DNA from: Dictyostelium discoideum | Lineage: Eukaryota | Length of the DNA stretch: 64,000 nucleotides | Direction of reading: 5' to 3' | Assembly (NCBI GenBank): GCA_000004695.1 | Contig: CM000152.2 | Location: forward strand, 544,001-608,000 | Shown here: in pieces, positions 54,706-64,000 of the stretch | How positions within the stretch are numbered: the first letter of the stretch is position 1 | Layout: every line of letters starts with the position of its first letter | Program-made: the position numbers and the translations under genes | The notes under the pieces: model-generated | Databases searched by the model: none | The model's input: the letters and a program-made list of their open reading frames with translations, nothing else | Told to the model about the DNA's origin: nothing

Positions 54706-54965
54706 TGAGAAGGGAGACTTCTTTGATATTGAAAATCTATCAGGATTTGATAATGGTAATAACCATGGTGAAACTTTAATAATTTCCAAAATACATGGGT
54801 GTGTTTCATAAACATAAAATAAACTAACTGCTGCCCATATTGAAGATAGTGACCTATATTTTATTATATGATTAATTTGATTGATTAGATTAATACCGAG
54901 AGGGTGATTTTTAGATATATGTATACATTTTATTATTATTATTATTTTAATTTTATTGTGTTATT

Positions 54966-55004
<39 letters not shown>

Positions 55005-55510
55005 AAACATCTTAAAATAAATGTTGAATCTTTAAAATTATATGAAAGGATCTTTGTATCTGATGCTACAATACCAGTTTGACCGTAACATTTGGTTATC
55101 ATTTCTCTTACAATCAATTCCAATTTTTCTTTTGTAATTGATTGATAATTTCTTAATTAATAAATAAATGGAAATTTAGTGTTAGTATTGCTTGTTGTAA
55201 AATAAAAAAAAATAAAAAATAAAAAACCGAAAATATTACACTTTAATTAAAAGATAAAAATAATTTGAATGAATTGTTTGTTTTTCCATTATTATATATA
55301 TATATACTAATATATTTCAGTTGATTTTTTATATAAATCTATTATTGGTTGTTTTTTAATAAAAATAAAAATAATAAAAATAATAAAAATTTTTATCTAT
55401 ATTTAGAAGAAGTTCGAACGTTTTTGGGTTTTTTTTTTTTTTTTTTATTATTTTTGAAACTTTTAAAAAAAAAAAAATAAAAAAAAAAATAAAAAAAAAT
55501 TTTAAAAAAG

Positions 55511-55553
<43 letters not shown>

Positions 55554-55595
55554 TTTGGATTCTACTACAAAACTCATCAAAAAAAAAAGATACAA

Positions 55596-57031
55596 ATGGC
55601 TGGTATGATATTTCTTTGAAACTAATTGATACATCTATCACTATTATACCTTCTCCCCTTCTTAATGTGTTTTATATTACGATATATATGATGATATTAA
55701 CAAATAATTATTAAAATTTAAAATATATAATTCACTCAAATAAATTATAAAAAAAATAAAAATAATAATAATTATAATTGGATTGTATCATTAAAAATAA
55801 TATATATATATATATATATAATTAAATAACCATATTATAAATAGATGATAAAAAAAGAGAATTAGAGGAAACTTCTACCACCACTGAAGAAACCTCAACA
55901 GAAGATAATCATACAAAAAAGAAATTAAAAGTTGATCCAACTCCTTCAGTAGAAGACAATAATAACAAAACTACAGAAAATAAAGAAACAGAAGAAAATA
56001 AAGAACCAACAACTACTACCACCACTACTGAAGAAAAGAAAGAAGAGAAAAAAGAAGAAGAAAATAAAGAAACAACAACAACTACTACTGATGAAAAAAA
56101 AGATGATAAAAAAGAAGGTGTAGAAGAAGAAAAGAAAGAAGAAGAAAAAAAACCAACTTCAATTTTTGGTTCAGGTTCATCAATTTTTGGTTCAGGTTTC
56201 CCATCAACTGGATTTGGATCAGCATCAAATACATTTTCATTCAATTTAAATAGCACATCCTCATTTTCATTTGGATTTAATAAATCATCAACTGATTCAT
56301 CTTCCAATACTACAGGAACTAGCTTATTTGGAAATAATAACAATAATAATAATAATAATAATAATAATACTAAAAACGATGATAGCGAAAAATCTGAAAG
56401 TTCAGTTTCAAATAATGGTTGTGATGAATCTGATAATACCACATTCGAACCAATCATTCAAGCTCAAGAAGTTGAGTTAAAAACTGGTGAAGAAGATGAA
56501 ACTACTTTATGTTCTGTAATTATCTTTTTTTTTTTTTTTAGTAATTTAAATCATTTAAAATTATTAATTCCATTAATTTATTATTATTATATTAGACTAA
56601 AGGTAAATTATATATTTTACAAGATAAACAATATAAAGAAAGAGGTGTTGGTACAATTAGAGTTAATAAAGATTTAGAAGAAAAGTCTAGAATAAGTATG
56701 TATATAAATAATAATAGTAATCCACAAAATTTTAATTGAAAGAATATCGAGTATTTTTACTAACAAAATAATAATAATAAATAATAAATAAATAAATAAT
56801 AATAAATAATAACAATAAATAGTTATGAATGCTGATGGTTCAAAGAAAAATATTTTAAATGTAAACATTTTCCCAAAAATGAAAGTAACCTCACCAAATG
56901 AAAAAACTTTAACATTCATTGCATTTGAAGATGATAAAATTTGCACTTTTGTTTTAATTGCAAAACCAGAAGAAATTAAAAACTTTTCAACTGTTATAAA
57001 TAAACAAATCAGTAGCCTCGAAGTAGCTTAA
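55596..57031 (+). CDS. Nup50/Nup2-like FG-repeat protein with C-terminal Ran-binding domain; 4 exons 55596..55602, 55845..56515, 56596..56695, 56823..57031 (328 aa)
   Basis: 7-nt first exon ATGGCTG|gtatga joins to give MADDKKRELEE... (importin-alpha-binding-like N-terminus). FG repeats SIFGSGSSIFGSGF, FSFG, SLFG. RanBD KGKLYILQDKQYKERGVGTIRVNKDLEEKSRIIMNADGSKKNILNVNIFPKM...LTFIAF matches the RanBP1/Nup50 RanBD consensus (KAKLFRFD...WKERGVGDVKIL...IRLLMRRD). Confidence 0.65.
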
Positions 57032-57036
57032 AATTT

Positions 57037-57067
<31 letters not shown>

Positions 57068-57283
57068 GATTTATATTTTAAATCTGTTTTGGTTTAAAAA
57101 TTCTGGAAAAAATAATTATAACTACAAAGTGTAATAATAAGAAATTATTATTATTATGATTATTATTATTATTATTATTATTAAATGTATGGAAATTAAA
57201 AATAAATAAATAAAAAATTGATACAATAAGATTTATTACTTTTTTTCACCAAAAAAAAAAAAAAAAGTTTTGTTTATTCTATT

Positions 57284-58879
57284 TTAATCTTCTTTTTTAA
57301 TAATATGAAAATAATCAACACAATATTTCTTATATAAATCAGTACGTGATAATTTAAAAGAGATTGCTTCCAAGATTGAATAAGTTTCACTTGATGGTTG
57401 TAAATTGAATTTTGGAATTAAAGTATTGAATAGATCGTATGCCATGTCAATGTTATTACATTGACAACAGGAATCTATTAAAACATTGATTGTATTTATA
57501 TTTGGTGTGAAGTCAGTTGTAACTAAACCATCACCAATCTCTGATAACTTGTCGAAATCTGTTTCAATTGGTAACGATTCAACGATTGGTTTACCAGCTT
57601 TCATCATTAAACATTCAAAGAGATCTATCATTTCATTTAATCTATTTTGTTTACCTAATTTTATGAAAATTTGGTGAAATGTTTGTGTGGTAATTGGAGT
57701 ACCAACACCGGTCATCATTAATTGATTATCTTTTTCAATTAAAATTTCAATTGCTTTATTAACATTCTCAACTTTTAAATAACCTTCAACTAAATATTGA
57801 ATTGTATTATAATCACATAATTTGATATCCTTTGATTGAGACGACGACGACGATGATGATGATGAAATCATTAAATCATTATAAACCATTTCCATTTTAT
57901 CAATTTTATATTGTCTTGAAAAACAATTTAAAATTGAATTTAAAATTACTAAATTTTCACTATCATCATTATTTGAGCTAGTATTATAATATTCTAATGC
58001 TTTTTCAGGTTGATTGGAATTTGAATAACCAATACAAATTAATCTATTCACTCTATTTTCATCGATTTTCATTTGTTTTATTTCCATTTCTTTAATTAAT
58101 TCTAAACATTTTGAAATATCTCCATTTGATGATAATGATTCAATAAATATATAATAAGTTTCACTATTATTATTATTATTATTATCAACATCATCATTAT
58201 CAACATCAAAACGATCTAAATTTGAATTTATAAATTTAAAAACTTGTTCAACCATAATTGAATTACTACGAAGTAAATAATCACGCATAATTAAATGTGC
58301 TTGTGATAATTTGAATTTAATATTTAATGGTGAATCATGTTCATTATTATTATTATTGATTTTATTTAAATTTATACCATTTAATGATAATAATCTTTTA
58401 ATAATTTCTTTTATTCTTGATTCTTCATTTGATAATTTACCACATACTCTAACTAATGTTGTAAATGATAAATTTGATCTATCAATTGGTGAATTATTTT
58501 GAATTTCTTCACTTGCATTCTTTAATTCCTCCTTTAAAAAATCATCATTTACTAAATTTAAATAATATTCAAATTTCTTTTCAAATGTTTTACCATCATT
58601 TGGTTGTTCTTTTAAACTTGATGATACTGTTGATATTGATTCCTCTTTAACATAAGTTGTAACTTTTTTATCTATTTTACTTTTAAACCAATTAAATGTT
58701 TGTGTTTCTGGTTTTTCTGCATCATAAAAATCTTCAACTTTATTATTATTATTACTACTATTATTATTGGATGTACAAAAGCTTCTATATTTGACAATAC
58801 TTTTATTACAACCTGTTGTTGATTTTGTTGTTGTAATAACTTTAATTGTTTTTTTATTATTTAATAAATATCTTATCAT
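57284..58879 (-). CDS. Helical-repeat (PPR/TPR-like) protein, likely mitochondrial (531 aa); function unknown
   Basis: Single 531-codon ORF. Basic/hydroxylated N-terminus (MIRYLLNNKKTIKVITTTKSTTGCNKSIVKYRSF). Repeated ~35-aa amphipathic helical pairs (YYIFIESLSSNGDISKCLELIKEME..., YNTIQYLVEGYLKVENVNKAIEIL...). Assignment by pattern only. Confidence 0.4.
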   Translation of the reverse strand: MIRYLLNNKKTIKVITTTKSTTGCNKSIVKYRSFCTSNNNSSNNNNKVEDFYDAEKPETQTFNWFKSKIDKKVTTYVKEESISTVSSSLKEQPNDGKTFEKKFEYYLNLVNDDFLKEELKNASEEIQNNSPIDRSNLSFTTLVRVCGKLSNEESRIKEIIKRLLSLNGINLNKINNNNNEHDSPLNIKFKLSQAHLIMRDYLLRSNSIMVEQVFKFINSNLDRFDVDNDDVDNNNNNNSETYYIFIESLSSNGDISKCLELIKEMEIKQMKIDENRVNRLICIGYSNSNQPEKALEYYNTSSNNDDSENLVILNSILNCFSRQYKIDKMEMVYNDLMISSSSSSSSSQSKDIKLCDYNTIQYLVEGYLKVENVNKAIEILIEKDNQLMMTGVGTPITTQTFHQIFIKLGKQNRLNEMIDLFECLMMKAGKPIVESLPIETDFDKLSEIGDGLVTTDFTPNINTINVLIDSCCQCNNIDMAYDLFNTLIPKFNLQPSSETYSILEAISFKLSRTDLYKKYCVDYFHIIKKED

Positions 58880-59033
58880 GTTGTGTGTCGATTTTTTATT
58901 TTTTGAAATTTAAAAAACGAAATTTGTTTTTTGTTTTTTTTTTTTTTTTTTTAAATTTCTCTCTCTGGTTATAGTTTTTTAATTTTATTTTTTATTTTTT
59001 TATTTTTTATTTTATTTTTTTTTTATTTTTTGA

Positions 59034-59814
59034 TCAATTCGAACTATGTTTATTAATTGAATCTTTAAAAAGTTTAATAGTTTCTTTTGGATCTTGATTT
59101 GGTTTGAAAAGAGCAGAACCTGCTACAATAACGTTTGCCCCAGCTTCAGCTGCCATATCAATTGTTGATGGATCGAGACCACCATCAACTTGAATATTTA
59201 AATTTGGATATTTGGAACGGAGTGTTTTAACTTTTGGCATCATATCTTTCATGAATGATTGACCACCGAAACCAGGTTCCACTGTCATAATTAAAACGAA
59301 ATCCAATTGATCAACGTATGGGAAAACTTCTTCGATTGGAGTTTTTGGTTTAACACATAAGGCAACTTTCATACCTGCTTCTTTGATTTGTGTAATCACC
59401 TTTTGTGTAATACCTCTTGGTTCGGTTGCTTCAATATGAAATGTAATTGAGTTTGCACCTGCATTCTTAAAATCTTCAATCATTGTCTCTGGATTTGTTA
59501 CCATTAAATGACAATCAAAATAACCTTTTGTATGTTTTCTTAAACTCTTTACAATTGGTGCTCCTAATGTTAAATTTGGTACAAAATGATTATCCTTTTA
59601 TTTTTCGTTACCCAAAAAAAAAAAAAAAAAAAAAAAAATTGTTAGAAATTAATAATAATAATAAATTATAAAAAATAAAATAAAAAATAGAACTTACCAT
59701 AACATCAATATGAAGCCAATCAGCTCCACATTCTAACATATAGTTTGAATCTCTTGCTAAAAATGCAAAGTCTGATGATAATAAAGATGGACAGATAATT
59801 GGTTTTAATGACAT
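59034..59814 (-). CDS. rpe: Ribulose-phosphate 3-epimerase; 2 exons 59814..59698, 59594..59034 (225 aa)
   Basis: MSLKPIICPSLLSSDFAFLARDSNYMLECGADWLHIDVM|DNHFVPNLTLGAPIVKSLRK...FHIEATE...VEPGFGGQSFM...QVDGGL. Canonical RPE motifs (HxDxMDxxFVPN, metal-binding H/D, GFGGQ, DGG). gtaagt donor at 59697 and ag acceptor at 59596-59595 (103-bp intron). Confidence 0.85.
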
Positions 59815-60344
59815 TTTTTTTTTTTTTTTTTTTTATATTATTTATTATTAAAATAAATAGTATTAGTACTATGTATTGAAATTTAGTATTTTTTTTTTTT
59901 TTTTTTTTAAATTAAAATAAAAATTAAAAAAAAAAATAAAAATAAAAAAAAAATTCAAAAAAAAAAAAAAAAATAAAAAAAAGCAGTATTACCGAAAAGA
60001 TTAACTGTTCCTTATTTTAAAAATCCATGATTCCCGTTATTAAAATGATTGGGAACGCATATCTTTTTTTTTTTCTTATTATTCTTTTTTTTTTTTTTTT
60101 TTCTTTTCTTTTCTTTTTTTTTCTTCTTTTGGGATGCATTATAAAAAAAAAAATTTTAAAAAAAAAAAAAATTAAATTGAATTTTTTTCGGTGAATGTAC
60201 AAAATTTCCTTTTTTTGTTTTTTGTTGTCAAATTTTAATTTAATTTAATTTTTATATTTATTATTTTTTTATTTTTTTTATTTTTTTTTTTATAATATTT
60301 AATTTTTTGGAATATGACTCTATTGCCATCGTTTTTTTAATTTA

Positions 60345-60377
<33 letters not shown>

Positions 60378-60572
60378 GTCATACATAACATTATAATAAT
60401 AATAAAAAAATAGTATAATATTTATTTATTTATTTAGTTAAAAAAAAATAAAAAAATAAAAAATTATAATAAAAAAATAAAAAATAATAAAAAATAATAA
60501 AAAACCCAATATCAATCTCTTAAAACTCCCGAAACATACAATTAATAATTTATTAAAGATAAAATAAATAAA

Positions 60573-61887
60573 ATGCAAAACACAAAAACATTTACTCCAG
60601 AGGAAGTATGTTAATTATTTTTCTTTATTATATTTTTTTTAATATACTTTTATTTTTTTTTATTTTTTTTTTTTTTTTAATTATTTTCTTTTATTCTTTT
60701 TAATTTTTTTTATGTGTAATAAAATTATAAATTATAAATTTAATAAAAAAAAAGAAAAGAAAAGAAATGAGGAAATCATTTGTAAATTATTTTATTTTTA
60801 TTTTTTTAATTAAAATAATTAATTAATAAAATTAGCTAATTTTTTATAATTTTATTTATATTAGGAACAAGAAATCTCTGAAAGAGTTCAAGAATATGAA
60901 GATAAATATGGTAGTTTAGATAGAACCTCAAGAATGTTGGAACAATTAAGAGATTCACATGCTACAGGTGTTGATAATTTAATGAAATTAGGACAACAAA
61001 GTGAACAAATGAATAGAGTTGAAAAGTTAACCACTGAACAAGAGCAAATGGTAAAGGGATTGGGTAAATATAAAAAGTTTAATAAATATATGAAAAGATT
61101 CTCAAAGAAGGATAAAGAAGAGAAACCAAAACCAAACAAAAACCAAGAGATTCACAACGAGGTAAAGAGATTAAAAGTTAAGAATGAAGTAGATGTTAAA
61201 ATTTTTAATAAAAGACAAAACGATGAAAAAGAAAAAAGAGAAAAAAGATTAGATGAATATAACCAAAAGTTGAGAGAAGATCAAGCTGCAGGTAACCCAT
61301 TTTCAGAGAATGCTGATAATACAACCACCACCACCACCACTACCACTACTTCCACTACTTCCTCTACTTCTATTAGAAAAACAAGTCCAAAACAAACCAA
61401 TGGTATGACAGAGGATGAAATGTTTGAAAAGAAAGGTTTATCAAAACTTTGGAATAAAGATAATGATCCATTAAGTAAGAATGATAAGATTCAAATTAAT
61501 GATGCCATTGAAACTCAAGCATTACCAATGAATCGTTTATCAGATGAATGTATGAAAGATAATGTGATCATTCAACGTTCAACTTGGATAAAGAAACAAG
61601 ATGCTCAGTTGGATGAAATGCAAGATATCCTCTCGGATCTAAAGAATATAAGTTTGGCAACTCAAACAGAGGTACAAACTCAATCACTCAAATTGGATGA
61701 CATTGGTGCCTCAATGGATAGAGGTTCCGATTTTTCACTCAAAAAGAAATCAAAACGTTCCATTGAAAAAGAACAAAAGAAAAAAGAAAAAGAAGAAAAA
61801 GAAAAAATTAAAAAAGAAGAAAAAACTAAACAAGACATTGATAAACAAGTTAAAAAAGATTTTGGTGTTGGTGTTAGTTCAAAATAA
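60573..61887 (+). CDS. SNAP-25/SNAP-29-type Qbc-SNARE with two SNARE motifs and K/E-rich tail; 2 exons 60573..60605, 60865..61887 (351 aa)
   Basis: N-terminal Qb-like heptad (LEQLRDSHATGVDNLMKLGQQSEQMNRVEKLTTEQEQMVKG) and C-terminal Qc-like motif (DAQLDEMQDILSDLKNISLATQTEVQTQSLKLDDIGASMDRG) with central Q. First exon MQNTKTFTPEE|gtatgt joins in frame to EQEISERVQEYEDK.... Confidence 0.6.
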
Positions 61888-62212
61888 TAATAATTTTTTA
61901 ATTTTAAAATAATGTACATAATATAATATAATATAAAATATATACATTAATTTGTAATATATCTCTTTTTTTTTTTTTAGAATAATCTTTTTTTTTTTTT
62001 TTCAATAATAAAATAAAAATAAATAAATAAAAGTGGCACAATATTATTATTTAATTTTAATTTTAGAATTTTTTATTTTATTTTTTTTTTTTAATATTCT
62101 TATTTTGGGAAATCGAACAAACTATTACACAATAGATTATTATTTTGTTTTTTTTTTTTTTTTCATTTTTTTTTTCTTTTTCATTTTTTTTTTTTTTTCT
62201 TTTTTTTTTTAA

Positions 62213-63085
<873 letters not shown>

Positions 63086-63300
63086 GGAAAAAAAAATTCC
63101 TAAAATTATTTTCCTAAAAATAATATTTATTTATTTATTTGTTTGTTTGGAAGTTGTTTTTTTTTTATTTTTTTATTTCTTTTATAAATATTATAAAAAA
63201 AAAAAAAAAAACTATTTTATTTCGTAACTGATTTTGAAAAAATTTTAATAAAACTTTGGACCCAATTTTTTTGATTTTTTTTTTTAATTTTTTTTTAATT

Positions 63301-63331
<31 letters not shown>

Positions 63332-63476
63332 TTTATTTTGAACTAAATTTCATTTTATTTTAAAACTAATATCATATAATCAAAAAAAAAAAAAAAAAAA
63401 TAAAATAAAATAAAATAAAATAAAACAAAAAAATTAAAATAAAATAAAATATTTAGATAATATAGAAAAATAAAAA

Positions 63477-64000
63477 ATGGTAAACTATTATTTCTTTTTT
63501 TTTTTTTTTTTCTTTTTTTTATTTTTTATGTTTGGAAGTTTCCAACTTGTCAAAAAAAAAAATAAAAAATAAAAATAAAAATAAAAAAAACAATTGAAAA
63601 AATAAAAAAAATCAGATTATTTATAAATATTTTCAAATAATTTTTTTTTTATTTTTTTATTTTTATTTATATATAGGCGTCAAAATTAAATGAAGAAGCA
63701 CAATCAGAATTTAAAGAAGGTTTTGCATTATATGATGGAAATAAAGATGGTAAATTAGAAGCAGCTGAATTAGCTAATACACTCAGATGGTTAGGTCAAA
63801 ATCCATCACAATCAGAAATTAATGAAATTTTAAGAGAATTTGGAAGTATGTGTTTATATTTATTTGGAAAAATGTCTCTCTCTCTCTCTCTCTTCCTGTC
63901 TCTTTTTTTTATCTCGAGAAAAACAAACTAAAATAAGATTTACTAATAATTCTATAATTTATAAATTTTCATTATAGGTAATAACCAAATGGGAGTGGAT
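63477..64000 (+). CDS. EF-hand calmodulin/myosin-light-chain-like protein, 5' part (gene runs off the window end); exons 63477..63479 (ATG only), 63677..63845, 63978..>64000
   Basis: aaaaATG|gtaaac single-codon first exon, then ag|GCGTCAAAA... giving MASKLNEEAQSEFKEGFALYDGNKDGKLEAAELANTLRWLGQNPSQSEINEILREFGS|NNQMGVD. The loop DGNKDGKLEAAEL is a canonical 12-residue EF-hand. Confidence 0.55.

Noticed and set aside
52870-54815. Several 60-100-aa ORFs among (TA)n, (AAT)n, (ATT)n and (AAAAAC)n repeats
   Set aside because: Low-complexity microsatellite translations (poly-I, poly-L, poly-Y, poly-F); no coding signal.
55909-56457. 182-aa minus-strand ORF
   Set aside because: Antisense to exon 2 of the Nup50-like gene (poly-V/L/S from GAA/AAG-rich sense strand).

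Overview
The window is AT-rich (~75-80%) eukaryotic nuclear DNA with the hallmarks of Dictyostelium discoideum (social amoeba). It has long poly(A)/poly(T) tracts, (AAT)n poly-Asn/Gln coding microsatellites and short GT..AG introns (70-350 bp) whose boundaries I traced by hand. No CRISPR arrays or prokaryotic systems were found.

I can support about 25 protein-coding genes: a G8-domain secreted protein (5' exon, gene leaves the window), TRAPPC5/Trs31, a YFH7-type P-loop kinase, a giant secreted protein made of ~60 tandem 24-aa Dicty CTDC repeats, a LACTB2-like metallo-beta-lactamase, a signal-peptide RCC1-repeat protein, a BRO1-domain protein, a GH38 alpha-mannosidase, a GLUT-like sugar transporter, an RPA12/ZNRD1 Pol I subunit, an MFS transporter, an SH3-RA-PH-ArfGAP protein, AMPK alpha (snfA), a SET/NAP-family protein, a second CTDC-repeat protein, a Nup50-like FG/Ran-binding protein, a PPR-like protein, ribulose-phosphate 3-epimerase, a SNAP-25-type Qbc-SNARE, the ERMES subunit Mdm12, and a partial EF-hand light-chain-like gene.

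The accessory content is a tRNA-His(GUG) gene with a complete, TSD-flanked, ORF2-deleted TRE5-A-type (DRE) non-LTR retrotransposon inserted head-to-head just upstream. The element carries a 4.4x tandem array of 199-bp A-modules and a duplicated B-module. Downstream of the tRNA are an external B-box, a degenerate element remnant and a ~180-bp imperfect hairpin. There is also a frameshifted BOP1 (ribosome biogenesis WD-repeat) pseudogene fragment in an intergenic region.
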